Origin: Sandaracinaceae bacterium LLY-WYZ-13_1
GTDB lineage: Bacteria; Myxococcota_A; Polyangia; Polyangiales; Sandaracinaceae
Reading direction: 5' to 3'
NCBI GenBank assembly: GCA_031800425.1
Contig: DAPKRR010000398.1
Location: 3,220-67,219 of the forward strand
Length of the DNA stretch: 64,000 nt
This document shows, piece after piece, positions 40,826-49,234 of the stretch. Position numbers and translations under genes: made by a program. Each line of letters starts with the position of its first letter. Position 1 is the first letter of the stretch. The notes under the pieces were generated by a model. The model did no database searches. It was given only the letters and a program-made list of their open reading frames with translations, and was not told the origin of the DNA.

Positions 40826-41656
40826 CTACTCGCCGGTGAAGGCCGGCCTGCGCTTCTCGGCGAACGCCGCGAGCGCCTCGAGCCGGTCCTTCGAGGCCAG
40901 CGTGCGCTCGTAGCACCGCCGCTCGAGGCTCAGCCCCTCCTCGAGCGAGCGGTCGGAGGCCCCGTCGATCGCCTCGAGGGCGGCCGCCAGCGCGATGGGC
41001 GCCGCGTCCTCCAGCGGGCGCGCGAGGTCCAGGGCGCAGTCGAGGGCGCTCTGCCCCTCGTCGGCCACCCGGGTGAGCAGACCGATCTCGAGGGCCTTCT
41101 CCGCGCTCAGCCGCTGGGCGAAGACCACGAGCTCCTTGGCCTTCGCCTCGCCGACGATCCGCGGCAGCCGCTGCGTCCCGCCCGCGCCGGGGATGATCCC
41201 GAGCGAGGTCTCGGTGAGGCCGATCTTCGCGTGGCGCGCGGCGACGCGGAAGTCGCAGGCGAGCGCGAGCTCGAGCCCCCCGCCGAAGGCCACGCCGTTG
41301 ATCGCGGCGATCACGGGCACCGGCAGCCGGTCGAGCGCGCCGAAGGACGCGCGGTAGAGCGGGAGGAAGTCCCGCACGTCCTCCTCGTCCATCGAGCGCC
41401 GCTCCTTCAGGTCCGCGCCCGCGCAGAACGCCTTCTCACCGGCCCCGGTCACGATCACCGCCCGCAGCGAGCGGTCCTGCGCCGCCTCGCGCGCGAGCCG
41501 GCCGAGCTCCCGGACGACCGCCCGCGACAGCGCGTTCATCCGCTCCGGTCGGTCGATGGTCCACACGGCCAACGCGCCGCGCCGCGCCGTGGTCACGCCG
41601 ACGCCGCCGGCCACCTCGATCTCTCGTTCCGCCCGTTCACCCATGGGCCGGCTCAT
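40826..41656 (-). CDS. Enoyl-CoA hydratase/isomerase (crotonase) family protein
   Basis: Motifs RPERMNAL, FCAGADL and AAINGVAFGGGLELALACD are present. The start is ambiguous: ATG 41656, ATG 41644 or TTG 41680. Confidence 0.85.
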   Translation of the reverse strand: MSRPMGERAEREIEVAGGVGVTTARRGALAVWTIDRPERMNALSRAVVRELGRLAREAAQDRSLRAVIVTGAGEKAFCAGADLKERRSMDEEDVRDFLPLYRASFGALDRLPVPVIAAINGVAFGGGLELALACDFRVAARHAKIGLTETSLGIIPGAGGTQRLPRIVGEAKAKELVVFAQRLSAEKALEIGLLTRVADEGQSALDCALDLARPLEDAAPIALAAALEAIDGASDRSLEEGLSLERRCYERTLASKDRLEALAAFAEKRRPAFTGE

Positions 41657-41689
41657 ATCGAGCCGCGCGCCGGAGATCAACGCGCGCGG

Positions 41690-42442
41690 TCAGAACGTCC
41701 AGCCGGACGCGCTCGGGTCCACCGTGTAGCAGAGCGACCCGTCGGCGCCGCAGCGCTCGCTCTGGATGTCGCTCGGGGCCAGGACGACCGCGAGCACCAC
41801 GATGGTCACCGCCACCGCCGCCGCCGCCGCGCCGACGACGATCCACGTCACCGGTTGCTCGTACCACTCGGGATCCGGCGGGTTGAGCATCTCCTCGGGG
41901 AGCGGCTCCAGGGTCACGTCGAGGGCGTCGATCTGGCCGGGCACCGCCGTCACCGTCCGGATCCGCTCGTGATGGCGCGGCGAGGTGACCCGCAGGGAGT
42001 GCTCGCCTTCGATGAGCTCGAGCTCGAGCGGGGTGTTCCCGCGGAAGGTCCCGTCCACGAACACCCGCGCCTCGTCCGGGGTCGAGCGCACGGTGAGCAC
42101 CATCGCCAGCGCGATCATGTCCACCGGCAGGCGCGCCTCCTGGCCCGGCTCGATCTCCACCACCTCGTCGAACTGCGTGTAGCCCGGTCGTCGTACGCGC
42201 ACCGTGTGGGAGCCGGGCGCCAGCTCGATCGGGTCGACCGGCGTGTAGCCCACCGTCTCCTCGTCGACGACGACCTCGGCGTTCTCGATCGAGGCCTCGA
42301 TGACGAGCGTGCCGGGGGTGTCGGGGGGGATCCGCCGCCGTCGCCGGCGCCGCCGTCGCTGCGCGTCCGCGTCGAAGGCGGCGCCCAGCACCACCAAGCT
42401 CAGCAGCACGGAGACCGCCACCGTCCAGCCACGACCGATCAC
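41690..42442 (-). CDS. PEGA domain-containing membrane protein
   Basis: It has a signal peptide, two PEGA-like modules (LAPGSHTVRVRRPGY; LIEGEHSLRVTSPRH) and a C-terminal TM. Confidence 0.8.
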   Translation of the reverse strand: MIGRGWTVAVSVLLSLVVLGAAFDADAQRRRRRRRRRIPPDTPGTLVIEASIENAEVVVDEETVGYTPVDPIELAPGSHTVRVRRPGYTQFDEVVEIEPGQEARLPVDMIALAMVLTVRSTPDEARVFVDGTFRGNTPLELELIEGEHSLRVTSPRHHERIRTVTAVPGQIDALDVTLEPLPEEMLNPPDPEWYEQPVTWIVVGAAAAAVAVTIVVLAVVLAPSDIQSERCGADGSLCYTVDPSASGWTF

Positions 42443-42475
42443 GGCGTCGAGAGTAGGTCGGAGGCGGGGCCCCGA

Positions 42476-43330
42476 TCAATCGTCGGCCGCCGGTTCGCTC
42501 CCCCGTCGCAGCCGCCGGTAGGCCTCGAGCCGCCGCCGGAACCGGGCCGGCCGGCGCGCCACCTCGACCGCCCGCACGAACGCGTCCTCCGCCTCCTCCT
42601 CGCGCCCGAGCTCGTGGAGCAGGATCCCGCGCCCCACGTGGGCCGGGGCGAAGGTGGGCACCCGCTCGACCACCGCGTCGTAGATCGCGAGCGCCTCGTC
42701 GAAGCGCTCGGCGTTGATCAGCAGCGCGGCGAGGCCGAGCCGGAGCCCGGTGTGCGCGGGGTGCCGGGCGATCCCCTCGCGGAACGCGCGCTCGGCGCCG
42801 GCGCGGTCTTCGGCGTGGTAGCGGGCGAGCCCGAGCGCGTTCCAGGTCTCGGCGTGGGCCGGATCGAGCGCCACCGACCGGGCCAGGGGCTCCACCGCGG
42901 CCTCGGGACGCCCCCAGCGGACCAGCCGCGTGCCGAGGACGCGGTGCGCGTAGGCGGACTCGGGGGCGACCTCCACCGCGTGCCGGTAGGCGAGCAGGGC
43001 CTCGTCGTAGCGACGCTGCAGCTCCCAGGTGTGCCCGATCAGCACCCGCGGGAGCGCGGCGTGGCGTCGCAGGTGGGCGACCCGGGTGAAGGCGTCACGG
43101 GCGCGCGGGTAGCGCTCGGCGGCCATGTGAGCGCGGCCGAGGGCGAGCCAGGCGCGCGGGTCCTCCGGGTCCGCCTCGGTGGCCTGCGCGAAGGCGCGCG
43201 CCGCGCCCTCGAAGTCCCCCCGGCTCATGGCGCGGCGTCCCTGCGCCATCGGCCCGCCGCAGCCCGCCGCGAGCAGCGCGAGGAGCGCGGCGCCCGCCAG
43301 CGCACCCCAGCGCCGACCTCCTTGACCCAC
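42476..43330 (-). CDS. TPR-repeat lipoprotein
   Basis: The lipobox is LLAAGC, followed by at least 6 TPR-like repeats (AWLALGRAHMAAERYPRARDAF and others). Confidence 0.75.
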   Translation of the reverse strand: MGQGGRRWGALAGAALLALLAAGCGGPMAQGRRAMSRGDFEGAARAFAQATEADPEDPRAWLALGRAHMAAERYPRARDAFTRVAHLRRHAALPRVLIGHTWELQRRYDEALLAYRHAVEVAPESAYAHRVLGTRLVRWGRPEAAVEPLARSVALDPAHAETWNALGLARYHAEDRAGAERAFREGIARHPAHTGLRLGLAALLINAERFDEALAIYDAVVERVPTFAPAHVGRGILLHELGREEEAEDAFVRAVEVARRPARFRRRLEAYRRLRRGSEPAADD

Positions 43331-43348
43331 CGCGCGCCGGAACGCACG

Positions 43349-43633
43349 ATGCGCCGGATGGACCGGGCACTGATCGAGACGATCCTCGCGGGCACCTCCG
43401 GGCTGGAGAAGAGCGACACGGGGTTCCAGGCCGCGGACGAGCATCGCGCGTCGATTTACCTCGGCGGGAGCGCGTCGACCACCGTCCTGTCGGACCTGGT
43501 CCGCATCCAGCTTCACGAGACGCACCTCGAGGCCGAGGCCAAAGACCGCACGCTGCACTTCGTGACCTACGATCCGATCCTCGGCCTGCAGGTCCGGCGT
43601 CCCCGCGAGGACGGGCCGCGCACCGGCTTCTAG
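43349..43633 (+). CDS. Small protein (94 aa), function unknown, immediately upstream of the sigma54 activator
   Basis: Third-codon positions are strongly G/C-biased. It ends 12 nt before the activator gene. ATG 43358 is an alternative start. Confidence 0.5.
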   Translation: MRRMDRALIETILAGTSGLEKSDTGFQAADEHRASIYLGGSASTTVLSDLVRIQLHETHLEAEAKDRTLHFVTYDPILGLQVRRPREDGPRTGF

Positions 43634-43645
43634 ACGAGGGGCGCG

Positions 43646-45046
43646 ATGGCCGCCCGCATCCTGGTCTGCGACGACGAGGCGGGGCTCCGCGAGATGCTGA
43701 GCGTCCTGCTCCGGCGGGCCGGCTACGAGGTCGCCACGACGGAGACCGAGGCCGCGGCGGTCACCCGGCTGCGGGACGACGGCCCCTTCGACGCCGTCGT
43801 CACCGATCTCGCGCTGCCGGACGGCACCGGCATGGACGTCCTGGGCGCCGCCCGGGCCGAGGACGAGTCCGTCCAGGTGATCGTGATCACCGCCTACGGG
43901 GGGACCGAGGAGGCGGTCGAGGCGATGCGGCTCGGCGCCTACGACTTCATCCAGAAGCCGTTCCGGAACACCGAGCTGTTGGCCCTGCTCGAGAAGGCGC
44001 TCGAGAAGCGTCAGATCGTCGGCGAGAACCGGCTGCTCCGCGAGACGCTCGACGGCTCGTTCAAGCTCGGGCGCCTGCTCGGCAAGAGCCCCGCGATGCG
44101 CCGCGTGATGGACCTGATCCGCCGGATCGCCGACGCCCGGACGAGCGTGCTCCTGACCGGCGAGAGCGGCACGGGCAAGGAGATGGTCGCCCGCGCGATT
44201 CACGAGGAGGGCGAGCGGGCGGACGGACCCTTCGTCGTGGTCAACTGCGGCGCCCTCCCCGAGGCCCTGATGGAGAGCGAGCTCTTCGGGCACGAGAAGG
44301 GCGCGTTCACCGGCGCCATCCAGCGGAGCGAGGGCCTGGTGCGCGCGGCGAGCGGCGGGACGCTCTTCCTCGACGAGATCGGCGAGCTGCCGCCCGAGCT
44401 GCAGGTCAAGCTCCTGCGGGTCCTGCAGGAGCGCAAGGTGCGCCCGGTCGGCAGCCAGAAGGAGGTCGAGGTGGACCTGCGGGTCGTCGCCGCCACCAAC
44501 CGCGATCTGGAGGCGGAGGTGGAGGCGGGCCGCTTCCGCCAGGATCTCTTCTACCGGCTGAACGTCATCCGCCTACACCTGCCGCCGCTCCGCGACCGGA
44601 CCGAGGACATCCCGCTGTTGGCCGAGCACTTCGTGGAGAAGCACGCCGCGATGGCGGGCAAGCCGGTGTCCCTGTCGGCCGAGGCGCGGCGCTGGCTCGT
44701 CTCGCAGCGCTATCCGGGCAACATCCGCGAGCTCGAGAACGTCATCGAGCGCGCCGTGACCCTGGCGACCGGGTCCGAGATCGTCCTCGACGACCTGCCG
44801 GACGAGGGCGAGCCGCGGCGCGCGGACCCGGGGGACGTGGACCTGACCGACGGCTTCGACGTCGACGAGTACCTCGGATCGATCGAGCGCGAGCTCATCC
44901 TCCGCGCCCTCGAGCGCACCGGCGGCGTCCGCACCGAGGCGGCCAAGCTCCTCGGCGTCTCGTTCCGCTCGTTCCGCTACCGGCTCGCCAAGTACGGGCT
45001 GGGTGAGGCGGGTGACGAAATCCGTCAGCGCTCCGACGGCGACTGA
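43646..45046 (+). CDS. Sigma54-dependent response regulator (NtrC/PilR family bacterial enhancer-binding protein)
   Basis: The REC domain has DD...D ([10 protein letters not shown]). The AAA+ domain has GESGTGKE and the GAFTGA loop (EKGAFTGA). A C-terminal Fis-type HTH is present. Confidence 0.92.
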   Translation: MAARILVCDDEAGLREMLSVLLRRAGYEVATTETEAAAVTRLRDDGPFDAVVTDLALPDGTGMDVLGAARAEDESVQVIVITAYGGTEEAVEAMRLGAYDFIQKPFRNTELLALLEKALEKRQIVGENRLLRETLDGSFKLGRLLGKSPAMRRVMDLIRRIADARTSVLLTGESGTGKEMVARAIHEEGERADGPFVVVNCGALPEALMESELFGHEKGAFTGAIQRSEGLVRAASGGTLFLDEIGELPPELQVKLLRVLQERKVRPVGSQKEVEVDLRVVAATNRDLEAEVEAGRFRQDLFYRLNVIRLHLPPLRDRTEDIPLLAEHFVEKHAAMAGKPVSLSAEARRWLVSQRYPGNIRELENVIERAVTLATGSEIVLDDLPDEGEPRRADPGDVDLTDGFDVDEYLGSIERELILRALERTGGVRTEAAKLLGVSFRSFRYRLAKYGLGEAGDEIRQRSDGD

Positions 45047-45058
45047 CGATTTCCGTCA
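45013..45058. promoter_or_regulatory. Pair of palindromic TGACG-N5-CGTCA sites (candidate enhancer/UAS for the adjacent sigma54 activator)
   Basis: The sites are TGACGAAATCCGTCA (45013-45027) and TGACGATTTCCGTCA (45044-45058), with centres 31 bp apart. The second contains the activator's stop codon. It lies about 50 bp upstream of the -24 GG. Confidence 0.55.
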
Positions 45059-45099
45059 CCGCGGACGTCGACAGGCACGCCGGACGGCCGCGCGCGGGC

Positions 45100-45115
45100 A
45101 GGCGCACCGGTTGCA
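45100..45115 (+). promoter_or_regulatory. Candidate sigma54 (-24/-12) promoter upstream of the pilin-like gene 45135
   Basis: AGGCGCAccggTTGCA has the correct GG-N10-GC spacing and a perfect TTGCA. The ATG is only 20 nt downstream, which implies a leader of about 9 nt. Confidence 0.5.
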
Positions 45116-45134
45116 TGGTAGGATCCGGGCACCC

Positions 45135-45701
45135 ATGGCACCGCTGGCACGTCGCATCCGCCGCGCGCGGACCGGAGGGTACACCCTCCTCGAGCTGATG
45201 ATCGTGGTGGTGCTGATCGGTGTCCTCTCGGCGATCGCGATTCCCTCGTTCCAGAGCTACCTGTACCGCTCGCGGACCGCCGAGGCGGTGACCTTCCTGG
45301 GCGAGATCCGCCAGCGCCAGGAGTCCTACCGCGCCGAGTTCGGGCAGTACTGCTCCGTCTCCGGCGCCCCGGGCGCCAGCCCCGACTCGGGCGCGTGGGC
45401 GCCCGGAAGCCTGCCCGCCTCCGGCACCTCGGTCGGCTGGCCGGGCGCGCCCGGGGCGTGGTCGCAGCTCGGCGCGGTGCCGGACGGTCCCGTGCGCTTC
45501 CAGTACCGCACGACCGCGGGTCCCCCGGGGACGACCCCCGGAATCACGGGCTACGACGGCAGCGACTTCTGGTTCGTCGCCCAGGCCCGCGCCGACCTCG
45601 ACGGCGACGGCGAGGTGATGATCATCGAGGCCTACTCGGCGAGCAACCACCTCTACTTCGCCGACGGCGCGATGGCCCCGCTCAGCTCGGGCTACGAGTA
45701 G
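45135..45701 (+). CDS. Type IV pilin-like protein (prepilin-type N-terminal cleavage/methylation domain)
   Basis: The leader is MAPLARRIRRARTGG, then YTLLELMIVVVLIGVLSAIAIP, giving Gly at -1 and Glu at +5. Confidence 0.75.
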   Translation: MAPLARRIRRARTGGYTLLELMIVVVLIGVLSAIAIPSFQSYLYRSRTAEAVTFLGEIRQRQESYRAEFGQYCSVSGAPGASPDSGAWAPGSLPASGTSVGWPGAPGAWSQLGAVPDGPVRFQYRTTAGPPGTTPGITGYDGSDFWFVAQARADLDGDGEVMIIEAYSASNHLYFADGAMAPLSSGYE

Positions 45702-45759
45702 GCACGGCGGCGGCGAACCGCCGGCCGCGCGCGGACACCTCTGGTGGACGACTCCATCC

Positions 45760-45805
45760 TGACGAGAATCGTCACCGCCTCCGGCTCGGTCGACGATTCT
45801 CGTCA
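45760..45805. promoter_or_regulatory. Second pair of TGACG-N5-CGTCA-type palindromes (candidate UAS for the pilA sigma54 promoter)
   Basis: The sites are TGACGAGAATCGTCA (45760-45774) and CGACGATTCTCGTCA (45791-45805), with centres 31 bp apart. The pair lies about 51 bp upstream of the -24 GG. Confidence 0.6.
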
Positions 45806-45847
45806 CCGCGCCGGCACGGATCGATCGTTCAGCCCTGCGGAGAGCAC

Positions 45848-45863
45848 ATGGCACGCGCTATGC
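45848..45863 (+). promoter_or_regulatory. Sigma54 (-24/-12) promoter upstream of pilA
   Basis: TGGCACGcgctATGCA compared with the consensus TGGCACG-N4-TTGCW. The GG-to-GC spacing is exact. It lies 86 nt upstream of ATG 45949. Confidence 0.75.
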
Positions 45864-45948
45864 AATTCACTGGGCCGAGTCAAAAGAACCCGGGCCCCGC
45901 CGTTCGGTCGGCGGAGCACCCCCCGCGAGACCACTGGAGCAAGAACCC

Positions 45949-46524
45949 ATGATGCAGAAGCTGTTGAAGAAGAAGGAAGGCTTCACGCTCATCGAGCTGA
46001 TGATCGTCGTGGCCATCATCGGCATCCTCGCCGCGATCGCCATCCCCGCGTTCATCGGCTACATCCGCCGTTCGAAGACCTCGGAGGCGGCCGCGAACCT
46101 GAAGAACATGTTCACCGCCGCGTCGGGTTACTACTCCGACGAGGCGTGGGGCAGCCGGATGGTGATGGCCGCCGGCACCTCCGTGGCCTCGACCGGCTGC
46201 GTCGTCTCGCCCGCGGCGAGCAGCAACGCCGGCATGGAGAGCGACGCCAAGACCGTGCTCGACTGGAACATGGAGCCGGAGTCGTTCCGTGACCTCGGCT
46301 TCTCCATCGCCGACCCGATCTACTACAGCTACCACATCGCCGGATCGGACGGGATGTGCGGTCACAGCTCCGCCGAGGCCGGGATGGGCCTCTACTCGTT
46401 CTTCGCCAACGGCGACCTCGACGGGGACATGAACACGAGCCTCTTCGAGATCCAGGCGGGTCCGAGCACGGAGAACGTGCTGATGCGCACCCCCGGCATC
46501 TACCGCGAGAACGAGCTCGAGTAG
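45949..46524 (+). CDS. pilA: Type IVa major pilin-like protein
   Basis: The leader is [11 protein letters not shown], then [28 protein letters not shown] lies 13 nt upstream. A strong sigma54 promoter lies upstream. Confidence 0.85.
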   Translation: MMQKLLKKKEGFTLIELMIVVAIIGILAAIAIPAFIGYIRRSKTSEAAANLKNMFTAASGYYSDEAWGSRMVMAAGTSVASTGCVVSPAASSNAGMESDAKTVLDWNMEPESFRDLGFSIADPIYYSYHIAGSDGMCGHSSAEAGMGLYSFFANGDLDGDMNTSLFEIQAGPSTENVLMRTPGIYRENELE

Positions 46525-46551
46525 CCACCAACCCATCGCCTCGGCCCCCTC

Positions 46552-46587
46552 CGCGCCCCGTTGCCACGTGCAGCGGGGCGCGCTTTC
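46552..46587 (+). terminator. Hairpin terminator candidate downstream of pilA
   Basis: A 9-bp GC stem (CGCGCCCCG / CGGGGCGCG, 46552-46560 and 46574-46582) is followed by CTTTCG. It lies 28 nt after the TAG stop. Confidence 0.5.
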
Positions 46588-46621
46588 GTGAAGCGGGCAC
46601 TGGCGGTAGAACAGCGACCGC

Positions 46622-47515
46622 ATGGCCTCCCGGTGGCGCAGCATCACGGCGCTCACGCTCGGCCTCGGGCTGCTGCTCGGGCTCACCGACCAGCTGCGCG
46701 CCGCCGCCCATCGGCGCTATGAGAGCGGACAGCGGTACGAGGACGTCTACTACCTGCCGCCCGCCGAATGGCTCCCGGTGATGAGCCTCGGCTGGGACGA
46801 GGCGCTCGCCGATCTCATCTGGATGCGCGGGTTGGTCTACTTCGGGGAGGAGCTGCAGCAGGGCGGCAACGTCCAGCACGTCCTCGAGTACGCCCGCGCC
46901 GCCACCGCGCTCGACCCCGACTTCCGCGCGGTCTACCGGTGGGTGGGGACGGCGGCGATCTACCGCCCCGTGGAGACCCGCCCCGAGCACGTGGAGGAGG
47001 CGGTCGAGTTCATGCAGCGCGGGGCGGCGCGCTTCCCCGAGGACGGGGAGCTGGCGTGGGACATCGGGGCGGCGCTCGTGTTCGAGCTCGTCCCGCTGCT
47101 GGACGATCCCGAGGCGCGAGACGACGCCCGCGAGCGGGGCATGCCGTGGCTGCTGTCGGCGTCCCGGCTCGGCGCGGCGCCGGAGTGGATGAGCCTGACC
47201 AACTCCACGCTCCTCGCCCGGCTCGGACGCACGGAGCAGGCGGCCCGTCACCTCGAGGAGATGTACCTCGCGACCCGCGACCCACGGACCCGGGAGCGGA
47301 TCGCGGAGCGCATCCGGCGCCTGCGCGACCGCACCGAGGCGGAGGCCTTCATGCAGTCGGTCCGGGAGCACGAACGGGCGCGCCGCGAGCACTTCCCCTA
47401 CCTGACCCCCGAGCTCTTCCTCTTCGTCGGGCCCCGCCCACCCGTCGACCTGGACGGCCCGATCCGCGACGGCTTGCCGGCAGCCCTCTCCACGCCCCCC
47501 GCGTCGCCGCGCTGA
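46622..47515 (+). CDS. Signal-anchored/secreted helical protein, function unknown
   Basis: It has an N-terminal hydrophobic segment and helical repeat-like content. GC3 is high. It ends 2 nt before the next gene. Confidence 0.6.
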   Translation: MASRWRSITALTLGLGLLLGLTDQLRAAAHRRYESGQRYEDVYYLPPAEWLPVMSLGWDEALADLIWMRGLVYFGEELQQGGNVQHVLEYARAATALDPDFRAVYRWVGTAAIYRPVETRPEHVEEAVEFMQRGAARFPEDGELAWDIGAALVFELVPLLDDPEARDDARERGMPWLLSASRLGAAPEWMSLTNSTLLARLGRTEQAARHLEEMYLATRDPRTRERIAERIRRLRDRTEAEAFMQSVREHERARREHFPYLTPELFLFVGPRPPVDLDGPIRDGLPAALSTPPASPR

Positions 47516-47517
47516 CC

Positions 47518-49227
47518 ATGCGAGCTCCCGCACACGGGCTCGGCCGTCCCTGGGCTCTCGCCCTCGGGCTCGCGCTCCTGGTCGTCGGGAGCACCGGCCA
47601 CCGCTTCGCCAACGACTTCGTCTTCGACGACGAGCACCTCATCCGGGACGGTGGCGTGATCCACGATCCGTCCCGCCTCCCGGAGGTCTGGACGCATCAC
47701 ACGATGTACGCGTCGGCCGCGGACCCGGGCCGAGTGCAGTCGGTCGACACCTACCGACCGCTGACGCTCACGCTCTTCTTCCTGGACGCCCAGCTCTCGG
47801 GACACGAGCCGTGGGCGTACCACGCGACCAACCTCCTGCTGCACCTGGGCTGCGTCTGGCTCACCTTCGTCGTCGCCATCCGCCTGCTCGGGCGCTCGGC
47901 CCGATGGGCCTCCTTCTACGGCGCGGCGGTCTTCGCCGTGCACCCGTGGGCGGTCGAAGCGCACGTCTGGATCAACGGCCGCTCGGACCCTCTCGCCCTG
48001 CTGCTCGGGCTCGGCGGCTTCTGGCTGCTGCTCGGCGCCGAGGTGCACGGGGCGCGCGCCGCGGCGCGCCGCGTGCTCGCCGCCGCCCTGGTGCTCCTCG
48101 GGCTCCTCTCGAAGGAGACGCTGCTCACCGTCCTGCCCGCCATGGCGCTCGCGCCCTCCCCCGCCGGTACCGACCTCGCCTGGGCCGCGCGGCTGCGCGG
48201 CCGGGTGCCGCCCCTGGCCGGGGCGGCGCTCGCCTACCTCGGCGCGAGAAGCTGGGTCCTGTCGGGCCTCGCGATGCACCGGGACGCCGCGATGCTCGCG
48301 GAGGCCGCCTACCGGCTCCCCGCGCTGATGGTCGAGGGGATCCGCCACGCCCTCGCGCCGCCGCTGCCCTACCTGAGGAGCCTGCGCGACGAGTACGCGA
48401 ACCTCGCGCCGTGGCAGGTGGCGCTCTTCGTCGCGATCCTCACGGCGGCGGCGGCGCTCGCGTTCTGGGGACGGCGCCGGTGGCCGGTCGCCTCCTGGAG
48501 CGCGCTCTGGTTCTTCCCTCCCCTCGTGCCGGTCGCGATCATCACGACCGTGCTCTGGCCCGGTTTCGGCCGCTACCTCTACCTGCCGCTCTGCGGCCTC
48601 GCGTTCGCCCTCGCGGCGGTCGCCCAGCGTGTCCGCGCGCGGGTGGAGCGTCCTCGATGGCTCGTCGCGGCCGGCGCGAGTCACGTGGCGGTGCTGGCGG
48701 TCCTGGCGGCCCTCTTCACCCGGGACTTCCGCCACAGCGACGCGCTCTACGGCGCCGCGATGCGGGCGCGGCCGGACGCCGCCATGCCCCACGGGTGGTC
48801 GGGGCTCAGCCTCCGGGACGCCGGGGAGCACCGCGCGGCCGCCCGGGAGCTCCTGCGCGCCGCGGAGCTCGACCCGAGCACGCACCGGTACCTGGTCCAC
48901 GCCGGCCGCGCGCTCCTCCAGAGCGGCGACCGCGCCGGCGCGGCGCGCGTCGCGGCGCGAGGCATCCGCCGCTTCCACGGCCGGCCGGAGGAGGCGTCGT
49001 ACCGGTTGCTCGCGGTCAACGCGATGAGCGAACGCGACCCGTCGCGCGCCGTCGCGCACCTCGACCGCTGCCTCGAGGTCTGGCCCGGTCGGACGGAGTG
49101 CCGACGAGCGCTGGAGCGCCTGCTCCACGACGCCGACGACGCCGAGGCCCACCGCCGGGCGGCGGAGCGCCGGATGCGGCGACGGCCCGATCGCGCCGAG
49201 GTGCTCCGAGCGCTCCTCGAGCGTTGA
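47518..49227 (+). CDS. GT-C-like multi-pass membrane protein with C-terminal TPR repeats (TMTC/PMT_2-like putative glycosyltransferase)
   Basis: The first-loop acidic motif is FVFDDEHLI and a YRPLT motif follows. It has about 10 TM helices. The C-terminal TPR region includes AARELLRAAELDPSTHRY... Confidence 0.55.
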   Translation: MRAPAHGLGRPWALALGLALLVVGSTGHRFANDFVFDDEHLIRDGGVIHDPSRLPEVWTHHTMYASAADPGRVQSVDTYRPLTLTLFFLDAQLSGHEPWAYHATNLLLHLGCVWLTFVVAIRLLGRSARWASFYGAAVFAVHPWAVEAHVWINGRSDPLALLLGLGGFWLLLGAEVHGARAAARRVLAAALVLLGLLSKETLLTVLPAMALAPSPAGTDLAWAARLRGRVPPLAGAALAYLGARSWVLSGLAMHRDAAMLAEAAYRLPALMVEGIRHALAPPLPYLRSLRDEYANLAPWQVALFVAILTAAAALAFWGRRRWPVASWSALWFFPPLVPVAIITTVLWPGFGRYLYLPLCGLAFALAAVAQRVRARVERPRWLVAAGASHVAVLAVLAALFTRDFRHSDALYGAAMRARPDAAMPHGWSGLSLRDAGEHRAAARELLRAAELDPSTHRYLVHAGRALLQSGDRAGAARVAARGIRRFHGRPEEASYRLLAVNAMSERDPSRAVAHLDRCLEVWPGRTECRRALERLLHDADDAEAHRRAAERRMRRRPDRAEVLRALLER

Positions 49228-49234
49228 CGCCGGC

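Noticed and set aside
45705-45723. A short GC hairpin (CGGCGG-CGAA-CCGCCG) just after the first pilin-like gene, considered as a terminator.
   Set aside because: The stem is only 6 bp and no U-tract follows. It is indistinguishable from chance GC palindromes, so I did not list it as a feature.
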